Source of the DNA: Octopus vulgaris
Taxonomy: Eukaryota
DNA length: 64,000 nucleotides
Direction: 5' to 3'
NCBI GenBank assembly: GCA_951406725.2
Contig: OX597819.1
Coordinates: 118,606,001 to 118,670,000 of the forward strand
Every line of letters begins with the position of its first letter. Positions within the stretch are counted from its first letter, which is position 1. The translations under genes and the position numbers were made by a program. Under the pieces are notes generated by a model. The model saw only the letters and a list, made by a program, of their open reading frames with translations. It searched no databases and was not told the DNA's origin. This document shows positions 37,981 through 51,920 of the stretch, piece by piece.

Positions 37981-40114
37981 CATATTTATATATATATGTG
38001 TGTATGAGTGAAAGTATGTATATATTCGTGTGTGTACAGATACATTCACGAGATGTATCGCAATTAGGTTTAATATATAATATACGTATGCGTGTATGCG
38101 TGTGAAAGGAGATTGAAAACGCCATAGCACATGACGAAATATGTGTGCATGTGAGTAATAATTTACCATAATATAATACATTACTATCTTTCTTTTTAAT
38201 TGGATGAAAAATATTTCATATCATATTAAAAAGAAAATCACGTCTAGACAGTGATGTAAATTCATAATATAAATTGCATGAATGTGTTGAGCGAAATAAT
38301 AATGAAATGAGGTTTATTCGTTTATTAAACGATAATAGAATTATAATCTTTAGAGGTGGTGGTGTATTTTGAAAACATTAATCGATGAATAAAATAGCAT
38401 TATATCGAAGAAATTTCATAAGAGGCTGCATACTTTATATACCTAGTACGAAAATATTCTTGGAAACAGTTATACGGCAACTTGCTATTAAAGTAATTAT
38501 AGTTACCCAGCAAATTCGCGGATAACATATCATACGCTCACTCACATGCGTATAATCCCTCTTTGTTGCTTCAATAGAGTAACTACAATTAAATAAGCAA
38601 ATATTAATTTAGCGTTACCCATTCAGCGTGTGTTTTATGGAGGCAATGTCAAATTAGACAACCGTCTTCAATAAGGGCCGGATGTGACAATTAACTGGTA
38701 TTGACTAAATCAACACTCGCGGGAATAACACATAATTTTAATTTGTTTTCATTCAATCTTATCGAATATTCTTTGTAAACAGCTTTTTAGAAATGGATTG
38801 AAGTTCTAAAAATCAATTTAAATGCCTTCATACCCACATGTGTACATGTTACACATAGATAGAAAGTAATAGAGAGGGTGAGATTATGCAGACTTTCAGA
38901 CGTGTGCTTGTAGGAAATAACTTACGCTGTTATGAATCCCCAACACGAAACAAAAGCTAAATTTTGTAGATAAGGCCCAGAAGATAGCCTGAAAATCTAC
39001 TAACATATTTCGCTGCAATTAAGCTCCTTCGCTGCCGATAGCCACTTCATTCATGTTATATAGGAAAAAAACAAAGGTTTCATTAGCCGAACATTAATGA
39101 AGCAGCCTCACTTAGAACCACAATTCTGAGATGTATTTACCCCCAGCAAGAAACAGACAGAATGATTGAATTTTACTGGGAACTGTATAGTGATGTGAAT
39201 ATACTATTTGAGGAATCACCAATTGCGCAACACTATCCATGCATGAATTGAATGACATTAAATCACTCACGAAACAGCTTCAAAAAGCCATCAATTCATT
39301 TGCAGTAGAAAAAACACATCAAGAAATTGATTGCCAGCTACAACAAAACGTTTGAGGTGCATGTTCGGATTGTTTAAGAATAAAATGCAACTCCACTAAC
39401 TGTAACAACTAAGATGGAACATTCTTTTTAAGTATTGATCGTTAATTATTCGCTCGTTTTGTACTAGCCCCATTAGAGGTGTTAACGGATTTCGTATAGG
39501 AAGAGATGCAACGAGACCATTATTGGGAGCAAAGAACCATCGATGCAAATCATAAAGCAGTGCTTCAAACCTTTTCAAGCATTGAGCCTGCTTTTTGAGT
39601 CTTCAGCTACTGGTAAAATTGTAAATCCGTTTCCGATCGAAACATACTTTACGCCTTTGCATTTCATTGTAAGTCCCCTCGATAATACCCTGCCTTTTTC
39701 CACGGTGATATTTTCCGTCCATCTCATCGTCTATGTGCTTCACCACCTTTTTTCCTCTAATGCATTTAGGTTTCTTTGATTTATCAAACGTCCTTCATCA
39801 CGTAAGTCGTAGGCCCTACTTTAAATCCTCTTAGCAAACATTATTTCGCTGTGACATGTCACTTTTCGTTAGCTTGACAAGCGCTACGCTCAAATCTCTT
39901 ACGAGCATACGTGGAAGCGTGCATATTGGAGGATCTCCTGCAACCATGTTGAGAACTTTTTGCCTCAATTTTCTCAACTACGCTTTTCTTTAGTTTAGAA
40001 TATATTTATATCTAAGAAGTGGATGATTTGAGAAATTTCATTGGACTGCATTTCAAAATTAAAAGAAAACAAATAAATCATGTTTTACTTAACATATTGC
40101 GATTGCATGAATAA

Positions 40115-40990
40115 AAAAACCTTGAAAGGAGGTGAGAGTTATAAGTATCTGGGATTATTAGAATCTAATAGAGTACTAACCATAAAAATCAACACAAAAA
40201 TTGAGGAGTACATCAGAAGAGTGAAGAAGCTAATGAAATCAAAGCTAAATGGTCCGAATCAAGTGAAGGCTGTAAATACTAGGGCAGTATTATTACTTAC
40301 ATACGCAGTAGCTTTTGTAGATTGGACAAAACTTAATTAGCAACGCTAGACAGAAAACCTTGTAAGGAATTCAATGTGTATGGAGGACTCCACCCAAGGG
40401 CAGGCAGCAATTAGCAGTAACGAGAAATGGTTATGGCTGTAGAATTGAAAGATGAAAAGTGAGACAAGATATTTGCGCAAATCAAAAAAGGAAAACGTTA
40501 CTCATATATTAAATTAACGTGTTATAGTGACACAGAAAGAATATACTGTGAGTTATACAGAAAGCTAGGATTAAATAAATGGTATGAACAGCAACCTAGA
40601 ACAGTACTAAAATAATAAATATGAGATGTTTTGGGACATTAATATTCAGACTGATAGAGTAAAAGAAGTCCTGATTTAATAGTGGTACATAAAGATAATA
40701 GAAAGTGCCAGATAATTGGTTTTACAGCCCCAAATGATATTAAAAAAGCAATATGAGAGGTATAGAATAATAGCAAAGTAGCAGGACGTAGCCATTTAAT
40801 TACAGAGACTATGGAAAGTGCAGGTAAAATTTATCCCATAAAATGCAGTTTAGTACATCTGCAGAAAACAGTGTTATCATGGACTGCTAGGGTACTTACT
40901 AGGTTCTTGGCATCTAAGGTTACTTGCTATAGCACGATGATAGGATTCTTTTCTTTTCCACCAGTCTAATCTGTTGTATGTATATGAAAA
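40115..40990 (+). mobile_element. R4/Dong-like LINE 3' portion with internal deletions, followed by (TAG/CAG)n
   Basis: GESYKYLGLLE...EEYIRRVKKLMKSKLNGPNQVKAVNTRAV, WDINIQTDR and ending TARVLTRFLA-like followed by a 3' UTR. Confidence 0.88.
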
Positions 40991-41000
40991 TAGTAGCAGT

Positions 41001-41079
<79 letters not shown>

Positions 41080-41379
41080 ATAGTAGTAGTAGTAGCAGCA
41101 GCAGCAGTAAATTCATGGACGATAACATCATCTGGGTATGGATCTGGAATCACAAATCAGTAAAATAATGAACTGATGTTTATGAATAAAGAATAAAGAA
41201 TAAAGAATGAACTGATGTTTATGAATAAGCCTCGGAAATTGCTGATCATTCATGGAGAAACCCATCCTACGAGTGACACCGATGGGTTATAGTTGTCCTG
41301 AAGAAATGGTGGGAGAAGGTTGATTATTTGGCAGGGTCGTGTTGAATAAGAGTAAATCAATTTACAATCGTATATAAAA

Positions 41380-42150
41380 TATGTCGCGGAACAATTTTTG
41401 ATGCTTGTGAAGAGGTCCGGCGTCATGAAGACAGGTAAATGTGTTAACAAAACGAATTGTAATGCAGAAAACACGAAATAAAAGACATGAACAAAGAAAG
41501 AATTGGCAATCAGTTTATAATAGGTATGTGCGCAAAGCAAGATAGAGAAGTCCGGATGTTATGGATCTGTTTGTGTGACTTGCACATAGAAAGAGAAGTA
41601 CATATATGCGCATCACAAGAGCAAGTATTTAGGGGAGACTATGTGGCGTGCAGAATTGAGAACACAACTGAGACCGACAAATACAGAATGGGGTATAAAT
41701 CAAGACTTGACAGAGGTGGTCAGTGTCTACATTGGTTAATCTCTGCATGTATAGACTCAGAACTGTTGATAAATGCTATAAGCACTACCTTTAGTCTGTA
41801 GCTAACATGTAACGATTATATTGGGTTTTCCTTACATACGGATAGAAAGATAAAAGCTAATAGACTGGATATTGTTGTCAAATAAGAAAACAATATGTTC
41901 TGTTTGATGATCAACACGCGTATTCCTTGTTGTCATAATATCCCAGCAAAAGAATTTAACAAGCTCAGAAAATATACAGATTTGCACATTGAAATCGAAA
42001 AGAAATGTGACATCTGAAGGCAGTAGCAAAACTGATACACACAGGACCAATTAGAGTGATCAAGAATAGAACTGAAAATTATTTGAGAATGATCCCTGGC
42101 TTACATTCATAGAAAAATTGCGATAGATTGTACGTCACATGTATGAGGAA
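41380..42150 (+). mobile_element. Decayed R4/Dong-like LINE C-terminal fragment
   Basis: WICLCDLHIEREVHICASQEQV...CRIENTTETDKYRM; TDRKIKANRLDIVV. Confidence 0.75.
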
Positions 42151-42245
42151 TTGTAGTGTGGTTGTGAGAACTATTAGAAGTAAAATTTTTCTCCTTTACT
42201 TATTGCTTTATACTTTTGTTTTATCATATAACTTCATTCTAAACG

Positions 42246-42300
<55 letters not shown>

Positions 42301-42301
42301 A

Positions 42302-42365
<64 letters not shown>

Positions 42366-43239
42366 ATGTGTACATAGAAAGAGAGACAGACAGACAGATT
42401 ACATATTTTGTACGTAAAGAATAAACATTTTAATCAGTTATGAATTCACTATCGTTGACAACAACAGTGTGTAGCGAGAAAATATTTCCATGCATGTGTG
42501 TGCGTGTGCGCGCTCGCAAGTAGTCGCGCCTACATATCTGCAGTGGTGTGAGATTATGTATATGTTTGTGTGTGTGTTTTAATAAATATATCACATCCAT
42601 AACTGTTAACTTTGGGTATATTATAATCTCTTGTTTTTTCCTGTTGAGCATGAAATACAACGATCTCTTGACTTAAAATCTAGAAGAAATGCATATCATT
42701 TGACATCTGTCTTACCGATTCAGAATTGTCCTCTAGAATATACCTCGATCTTTATTTCTATAAATATTGGGTATTATATTTATCGACATATTGCTGTCTA
42801 GCAAAGTTTGTTGATATAGATTATTATGTTGTAATTATACTGTATGCTACCTGCGTTGGAGTGATGGCCGTATTTGACACACGATTTTACCAGTTAAAAT
42901 TCATAAGTTTGGAGTTTTCGGATGAAATTTATAAATTATATTTGAAATATGTAATCAGATATCAGTTTTATGTGCTTGTGGAGTTTTGTGATGTTATATA
43001 TTTGCTGTATTTTACTGTCAGTTTATGATTTTCGAACCGCTCTCTGCTTCGTTTCATGAAACTTTATTAGGTGTTCACATACTCTACACCCATAATTCGT
43101 TTGGTTTACATTTTGTGTGAAATACGTTCAATTTTATTAGGGGTATACCATAATACATGTGTTGCACAATAATTTGGTATAAATGATCAATAGCTTAGTG
43201 TATTTGAGTGATACAATATTAACTGTTCTACTGTGATGG

Positions 43240-44177
43240 TGTGTCGTTTAATGATTAGGGTATTCGGCACACGATCTTGAGGACATGAGTTCAATTCATG
43301 GTCACGCGTTGTGTCCTTCAGTATGACACCGTATTTCGCGTTACTCAAATTCATTCAGTTGACAAAAATGAGTTGCACTTGTTTCAAATGGCCAGCTTTT
43401 ACACATTCTGTGTCACGCTGAATCTCACTGAGAACTACGTTAACACCTTAATGGATCAATTATTTTGACATGGCGTTTCATTTCAGAGCATATTTTTTTA
43501 ATTTCCTTTCTTAATTATATACAGTGTTAAATACAAAAAAGGTTTGTATTTTTTATCTTGTTTCATTTATTTTTTATCATAGATATTAAAATGTACCTTT
43601 AATCATTTGAACTTAAACGAGTTAACTTGGACATTGAAAAATACATATAATTTAACTATCTTCGATTTTTTATAAGATGGATTGCTTTTAAATCAAAGGA
43701 ATATTTTTTTTAAAAATGAGATTGACAGTTATTTAAAATGATAATTTTTGAAACAAGCAGTTACACACAAAGTTATCTTACAGACATCACACATGTATGT
43801 GCTTTCTCTTCGAATTTTCTTTCTCTGCGCATTTTGCACACATGCTTTATACAAAACATAGGCATTGCAGATAACCAAATCCATCAAATGAAAAAAATAC
43901 TCTTTTTTTTTTAAATTACTCGAGTAAAACTGAAACGACACAAAACAAATAAAGTCGTTTGAGTGCTAAATTTAAAAGTTAATTTCGACTGAGTATACTC
44001 GTGTTATTCTAAAAAGATACATTTGCGATGCACGAGTAAACTCGGGATAACCCATTAAGGAGTTAAGGGTAAACGTGTCTGTCGAGTGCCGATCTACTAA
44101 CACGTTAATTCCACGTGCATTCTGTTCCGTTGATCGGATGAATTGGAAAACACGTCGTCGTAACCGACGGAGTGCCT
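43240..44177 (+). mobile_element. Old SINE (tail shared with family B type 1) split by a piggyBac insertion
   Basis: ...TGTCACGCTGAATCTCACTGAGAACTACG[TTAA]GGGTAAACGTGTCTG...CGTCGTAACCGACGGAGTGC is collinear with the uninterrupted copy at 8536-8922. Confidence 0.85.
43444..44062 (-). mobile_element. Non-autonomous piggyBac derivative (619 bp) with TTAA TSD and transposase C-terminal remnant
   Basis: TTAA at 43440-43443 and 44063-44066; TIRs CACCTTAATGG / CCATTAAGGAG; ORF 43729-43941 FFHLMDLVICNAYVLYK..C..RRESTYMCDVCKITLCVTACFKNYH. Confidence 0.93.
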
Positions 44178-44645
44178 ATTGTTTTAATCTGAATTTATTT
44201 GTCTATTAGTGAAATGGAATCGAAATGCTTTCCAAAGTAATGATTTTCCCCCATTAACACAATTTCTTTATTATCATTTTAGTATTGATTTGTATGTCAA
44301 ATTTTAATACTGCACGATTGTCTACTTCGTCAATTATTTATTTTCTAATATAGACAAAAACTTTCATGAATGAATTTTGCAGGCGAAAAACCATACCTAC
44401 ACTATTTTTTGGTTTTCAATAACTGTGAGGTCAGTGAAAATGTAGCAAGTTTGTGAAAGATACAATTATTATTTTTAATATTTTCGCTAGTTTATGGGTG
44501 GCTTCTGCTGGATGTGTTTATGTATATTATCTAACATGATTTCGTTTTTGTTTCTACTGCTGATATATGTCTGAACAATTTTCTACACCACGATAAGAGA
44601 CGGTATATGTCTCAAGTGCTTTTTCTTTTCTTGGGTATTGTAAAT

Positions 44646-44807
44646 AGGAGCAGGAGTATCTGTGTGGTAAGTAGCTTGCTTACCAACCATATGGTTCCGG
44701 GTTCAGTCCCACTGCATGGCACCTTGTGCAAATCTCTTCTATTATATCCACGGGCCGACCAAAGCCTGTGAGTGGATTTGTTACACGGGAACTGAAAGTA
44801 TCCCGTC

Positions 44808-44843
<36 letters not shown>

Positions 44844-44857
44844 GAGGCACACGCACG

Positions 44858-44903
<46 letters not shown>

Positions 44904-45095
44904 TGTGTGTGCCCCCAACATCGCTTGACACCCGATGCTCGTGTGTTTACGTCCCCGTAACTTAGTGGTTCGGCAAAAGAGAACGATATAGTAAGTACTA
45001 GGCTTACAAAGATTAAGTCCTGGTGTCGATTTACTTGACTAAAAGGCGGTGCTCCAGCATAGCCACAGTCAAAATGACTAAAACAAGTAAAAGAA
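44646..45095 (+). mobile_element. SINE family A, full length
   Basis: A/B boxes, two internal (TA)n tracts, tail AAGGCGGTGCTCCAGCATAGCCACAGTCAAAATGACTAAAACAAGTAAAAG. Confidence 0.92.
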
Positions 45096-46572
45096 TCAGC
45101 GGATGTACTACACCGCTGTACACTTACCGATAATGATATCAATTTCGTTGCTGGTCTTATGAGCTGATGTATTTCATTGAAATATTATGGGTCTGAAGGC
45201 ATTATTTCGTTTCAGAATGTTTACTGTACCAGTGTATGTTACACATTATTTTCAGTTTCGAGGTATTCAAAAAAAAAATCATGAATCATATGTTTTATCT
45301 TGACGCAATTGCAAATGTGTTTAGCTGTTTCACCTGGCACAAAATGCAGTGTTTTTATGAGAAACTGTGAAAGATCCCTGCTTGGCATTTCAAATATACA
45401 GCATTTATACAATTATCGAGGTGAGATTAACACTTTGGATATGATTTAAAAAATTTTCTATGGTATTTTCTATAGTGTTGAATAGAGCAAGTTTGCTGGT
45501 TGTTAATGGAGATATTGCACAGATCATTAATACATATAAAATATCCATTTTAATAAAGAGAACGTAGGTTACATGACTTCAAAATATATAATTATCTATT
45601 GCAAATGGCATGGAGTTCAATTAGATTTCTTCAATGCAACACCCGGTCCAAGAACAATCCTGATTTGATGGTTATTTCAAAACGATTTTAATTGATGTTA
45701 CAATACGTAAATCTGCATTTAAGAAGGGCTCTTCTCTCAACCGAAATTTATTAAATGCGTTATACATTTCCATTTCTATTGATAAATATATTCGGTCAGA
45801 ATCAATTTATAAGTTGGGTTTAATATACGGTCTTCCAACTTTTGTTCCCAGTATGTCAGATTATAAAATACATTAGCACATTTTAGATAAGGAGTTGCTA
45901 GTATGTCATATACAATACATAAACATATTTTAGATAATGTAGTTTATTTACTGTTCTTGGGTGTTTTAAAACATATCTAAACAAGATAAAAGCATATTAC
46001 ATGCTTCTCCTTAATATGAAAACAAAGAAAGCACAATTTTGCTATTTCTCATGAATTAAATAATGTATAAAAGAAAAACGATTTCCATTAAAATATCTCT
46101 AGAGCAACTGTAGGTAGATTTTGTTAGAGGAAATATCATTGACAATCATTCTAATTCACAGCTGTATTCCTTTTGATAACAATGCAACCTCTAACTTTCC
46201 AGTTCTTGACACAAATAGCATGGAAACACAAACAAGTATCACCATCATTGTTACATCATTCAAGTATTTCGTTGATCAAATTCAAATTGAATTGTATTAC
46301 GCATCGGTATACTTTGATAAATTGTCAATTTATGGAGACATAAAAAAAAACTTCGTTCACACGAACATAGACTCATGTAGACATAATCAAGCGTGCATAC
46401 AGGCAATCAAACCAATTTATACACACACATATTGCAATATAATATAATATAATATAATATAATATAATATAATATATATATATATATATATACATATAAT
46501 ATGCGACAGCGTGTGTATCGTTGGCGATTTTCTTTCCCCATCTTCCCTTTCTTGCAAATTTCCTTTTCCTAT

Positions 46573-46607
46573 GTTTCTGACGAAGAGCTCCGATCGAAAC
46601 GTCAAAC
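46573..46607 (+). ncRNA. Minimal type I hammerhead ribozyme in a short Penelope-like terminal fragment (46510-46705)
   Basis: gttt-CTGACGA-a-gagctccgatc-GAAA-cg-TC|aaac. Helix I gttt/aaac; palindromic ACGT helix III; the fragment ends at (TA)n. Confidence 0.8.
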
Positions 46608-46699
46608 CCTCCTTCTTTCTTTCCTTTCCTAAGCGTCTAATAACACTATACTTATTCCACGTCTTCGCATTGTTGTATTTTCGCTTTGTTCATGTTTGG

Positions 46700-46767
<68 letters not shown>

Positions 46768-48113
46768 TCATATAATATATATATATGTATATATGAGGCA
46801 TATAGTAGATATATATATATAGAGAGAGAGAGATATAGATATATGCATGTATGCATGCACACATGAAGAGAGTATGAAAACAGTTGGTGGCAAGAGGACC
46901 CAAAAGATGTTGGGTAGACCATGGTTAAGCTCCAGGTTCGATAATGTTATGAATGAGGAGTCCAAAATGAGTCATGTATTAACATATATATATATATAAA
47001 TTGACAGAATGTGATTTTAAAAAAATCAGACTTTTTTTTAGAAATATTCTCAAAACTGTTTACAGCCTTGGATTTTTATTTTATTATGTCAATTTATATG
47101 TGTGTGTGTGTATGTATGTATGTATGTATGTATGTATTCAATCATACACACATACACACACATACACACACGCAGCATTCTGCCCCATAAATAGTATCTA
47201 CCGAGAACAGTGACAGCACATTAGACTGCGGTAGAAGTCAATAACCGATGGTGTCACTGCACTGCTATAGGGCTAATCTCAAAATATTTTGTTGCCGAAC
47301 GAACATCTTAAATTTACTGCTATATCCAGAATCCCTGAAATCTTAGAATTTCTGCATCCAACTAATCTTTCTAAATATAAGTAAACAAGCAGTTTAACAA
47401 ATCATACTCTGACATTTCTCTGGATTTCTAGCTTATATGCATGGGAGAGGGTTTAGTGTCAGGATTAAAATGAATACATCACTCCATTACAGCTTCCGAA
47501 ATGACCAATCAAAGAGAACAAAATGTCACAACCACAGTTACGTAATCTCCAGAATATAATATATCCAGAAATATTAATAGTTAGTTGTATATATATATAT
47601 ATATATAATAAATATATATATATATATATATATATATTATGTATGCTTGTTTATATGGGTAGATAGATACATTGAAATTTTGTGAAATCTATTTGAGATT
47701 ATATAATCCCCTAATCCCCCTGCTTACATTACATGAGGCAGAATATATCTATACTTACTGGCCATTCTTACAAATTAAATAAACCATATAAACTGACGTA
47801 TTGCACATGCTGTTTATGAAACCAAATATTCGGCTCTTCGAGTAGCGCTGGGCTCGATGCACTCAATATACGAAGCCTGTTTTTGAAATTATCACCAATA
47901 ATTAAATCATATTTATTATACAGAACAATGTAAAACGGTAGAACTAATAACATTTCGACATTAAGACGCTTCAAAAGAAGTAACAATACTGGATATATAT
48001 TTTACATATATACATATATGCATGCGCACATGTGTATATACACACGCTCACACTGACACACACATACGCACACACATATATATATTCTCAATCTGTTTAT
48101 TTCCTCGTGTTCC

Positions 48114-48150
48114 TCTCTGCTGAAGAGTGTAGATACGAAACGTAATAGAT
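48114..48150 (+). ncRNA. Minimal hammerhead motif in a Penelope-like terminal fragment (48090-48210)
   Basis: tctg-CTGAAGA-gtgtagatac-GAAA-cg-TA|ataga. Core intact, helix I weak; homologous to 7631-7810. Confidence 0.55.
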
Positions 48151-48699
48151 TTTCTCACCTTACCGAGCGTTAATCTAATACATCTCTTTGTTGTTGATAG
48201 AACTGTCTTTACAAAGATTACTTCCTTACGGAGAAAATTGTAAGAATTATTAAGGAAGGGAAAACATTACTCCTACAAAAAGCAGAATGAAATGACCTTG
48301 TATACTCATTTACGTCAAATAATATAAAGCTATGGTAAGAAATATTGTAGCTGATGTTATGAAGTAAAAACAATAATAATTCGCGCAACTACTCCACTGA
48401 GAATAAAGTGGATTTAGCGTGAAATTAGTATAAAAGAAGCTTCCTCTAACTCCAGAAGAGATATCTGAAAATTCAAATTGCTTGATTCTCTGCCCATCTC
48501 ATCAGCACTTTCTCCACCACCCACCTCATGGTAAGAGTTACTTCTAATCAGCACATATATGCCACAAGTATTTAATTACACACAACATAGACGATAGTTA
48601 CTTCAGTTCATAAAGCATCGGATCCCAATTCACACGCTGAAGTAGATGAAAAGTAATATCTTCGTTGCTCGCAATTTTACTAATGTACCAAGGGATGAA

Positions 48700-48980
48700 T
48701 ACTGACGTGTATGGTAGCACAAATTCAACATGCTGAATGTGGAAAATACAATGCTACTCATTAGCTGTAATGTATCCATCATTTTGCTTGAGGGACAAGG
48801 TCACCCAAGTGTCGTTCTCATCGTTCTTTTGCAGGAGTCTGAGCCAGAATTGATATCCTCAGCATAAAGAGAAGAATATGTGAGAAGACAGGAATAAATT
48901 CGCACTCTGCATGCGCGCGTTCGGCTTCTACGTCTACGTATAGAAAACTACATCAATTGCATGAAAAGAGACAATTGTAA
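48700..48980 (+). mobile_element. Highly decayed RTE-like LINE APE-endonuclease N-terminal remnant
   Basis: Frameshifted LLQE..ARIDILSIK.R resembles ELxRxxIDIxxLxExR. Confidence 0.4.
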
Positions 48981-49561
48981 ATCTAAATTCCCTACTTTTT
49001 CATAAAGCTAATGATTATACCTAATATTTCAGTTTTTTCGGATATTTTTAAGGACAATATAACGCCATTACTAATAGTTTTATATATCAAATATAATGAA
49101 GGGTTGCAACTATGGCATCAGAAATAATCTCATTTGTTTGGTTGTATAATTTGTCAATACATATTCTGTATTATATAATCTAAAAGACCTCTGTGAGCAG
49201 AAATAATATGAATTGGCCTAAAAATATGTTCTATGATAGTGACCTATCGATATTAATTTAAATTCCAGTTTCAGTAGACATTTTTACAAATGTCTCCCTA
49301 AACTTACATAAGATTCTATGGGGAAATTTCATCAGTCCGATCACAGGAATTAAGGGACAATTACTTTCAGTAAAATTATAATCGCTAAATATTATTAGTC
49401 ATCATGATATATGTTTATGCGTGTCTGCTCTTTGGACGATTGGGAATGTAATTTCCTTTGAGTTGTCACGATCAGATTCGTTATATTCTAGTCATTATTG
49501 TAAATATCCCTTCTCTGACCTCTTCATTTTCTCTCTCCCTTCCCATCCTCTTTTGGTACAT

Positions 49562-49642
<81 letters not shown>

Positions 49643-50929
49643 TAAATATAGATAAATTACCCACGCAGATGCCAGACGTATCATTAACCTCATCAATGTG
49701 TAAGGATCTCCTGTTTTTACTCGATTGAGCAATTCCTTTGATTCTAGAGGTAAATCTTGAGGTGACTTCGCAGCAATACACTTCTTTTACTGAGGTTATA
49801 TCCAATAACTCAATGAGTAAAGAAATTAGTACAAGTGAAAAATTTTATTTTTACACAGAGTATCTCCTTTAAATTTATCTCAAGCACGTTTTGACTGCAT
49901 AGGAAACTAGCACTTGTAAATGCAATTTCAATTGCAACTGATCAAAACTAGTTTATTTTGTCTCGTTAGAAAAATAAAATTATTCGAAAACTTCAAAACT
50001 CCTTCCCCTTTCACACATAGGTTTCAACAAAACAAGGACGACTTGATTTATGCCTGATAGTGAGGAGAGGTTTCCTACGAAGAATGCATCCATGAAGATC
50101 ACACTGATTCAAACTTCGGCGTACTGTTTAGGAGGAAACACTATTTCCGTTAGAACACATTTTTTGGACCAATGATGGAGCGGTAAGACACCTGTTGTCC
50201 CTCACGCAATGATGGATGTGGCGAATATCATACACAGTTAAAAGATAATGACGAAGTGGACGATGTTTATTACTTAACCTTCCAGTAGCTTTGTATTTCT
50301 GAATTACTTTCGCAATTGTGTTTACGCTAATATATATTCATTTTCTAATTAACCTGTAATCTTATATATTCTTGTGCAAGTTAAAAATAATTTTCTTCGA
50401 AACTTCAGACAATACTTTTCCTTTTGGTATCATTTTATTAACAACAAAGATTTTCACCACGGTACACAAATCAGAAACCCTCCATATACACTATAAATTA
50501 CTGGTGCAAAAATGCCAGTAGAAATAATATATTGGAACTGAAATTGTCAGTAATATCTGAGATTAGTAAAAACACAGTGGATAAAATATTGTATATAGCA
50601 AATATCCTTTAGGGTGTACATATTTTTGTAACGTTTAAAAATTAATATTTCGTTGATATCTTTGAAAATATTTATTGTTTTGTGTTCCAAATGTGTACGA
50701 TGATTGCATGCGTAATATATTGTATTCAGTATATATGCCGTTTGATGTCCTTCGGAATTATGAGAGTAATTGCAATTTTACTGAGATTGTGTAGTAGAGG
50801 TATACATACTTCTGTGATATATACATGTAATCCCATGTAGATACAAATCCAATCACCTGTATGCGCACATTTACACATATTTATATGCATGTATAATAAT
50901 ACACATAACCTTTTTAAACAGTTTAACTA

Positions 50930-51920
50930 CTTTCATCTCGAAAGCAGCAGTGATGCTGGGGCACGACTGTTGGCTTTGATACACCTTCATTATTTCAAGC
51001 CTCTTCTGGTGTGCGACATTTGGTGATGCGTGAGGTCGATGCTGCTACATTCATCTGTGTTTCTTGTCCTGATGTTACGAGTTCCTGTTTTATTTTGAAT
51101 ACACCTATATCCACACCATGCCGGTCTCTCAGGCAATTTTGAAGGATATTGAAGAGCCCCTGAAACCCTAGCTGTTGCAATATCTCTTCATGTAGTTTGA
51201 GGGTGATATCGGCATCATTTGCACTATGTTGGGGCGCTCTTTCCTGCTGTTTTTGTAAATCCCAATGCCAAAGTTTGATACAACTCGTTCCACTATGTTC
51301 CAGATGTATATAACTGCATTTGTCTTCCGCCTTCGTTCTAAGCAGTACAACCTTAACTTTTTCAAACGTCTCTAGTAGTTGACACGTTGCATTGAGACAA
51401 CTTCACTTGCGTAGAATCGTTGCATTGCTGTGGGGGGGGATCATAGATTTGAGCAGTGGTCTAAGTCACTGAGAAAATATGTCCTCCTGTTCTCCCGTTC
51501 TGAAAGTTCTGATGATCCATCAGGTTAGTCGTCTGCAATTTACTACCAAATAATATGCACCAAGAAAGACGTATCACTCATCGAGTCAATACACAGGTCA
51601 CGCACGGATTTTAATTCATACATTGCAATTACTCCCAGGCCGGTGTATCTTCTCTAAAATGTGTTCAGCTTTGCGTGGTGGTAAAACTGCATAGTATTGT
51701 TCTCAGCTCACATATTCTCCAGCTCCCGTTGCAGATGATCAAAATTTTCAGGATTGTGTATCCGTTGAAAGACATTTGTATCAACTGCATAGCTAGCAGT
51801 GGTGGCTACTGGAACAGCTAAGGGTACGTCTGAATATCTGTGGAACTAACGAATTGCTTTGCGGAATATTTATCATTTGTGTTTCCTTTGAGGTGGCTCC
51901 ATTGACCGCCACTGCTTGTA
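50930..51920 (-). mobile_element. Decayed CR1-like LINE 3' region
   Basis: LKKLRLYCLERRRKTNAVIYIWNIVE...LGFQGLFNILQNCLRDRHGVD; an RT YADD-like region (YAVDTN) near 51780. Confidence 0.88.

Noticed and set aside
39000-39960. Coding-like decayed region with a KYHRGK string (Merlin-like)
   Set aside because: Single short motif, no TIRs or supporting residues; unassignable by eye.
48835-48867. Strong acceptor followed by ESEPELISSA* (possible terminal exon)
   Set aside because: Better explained as part of a decayed RTE endonuclease remnant.
50021-50182. 162-nt segment with good acceptor and GTAAGA donor
   Set aside because: Stops in all three frames; could only be non-coding or terminal and has no further support.
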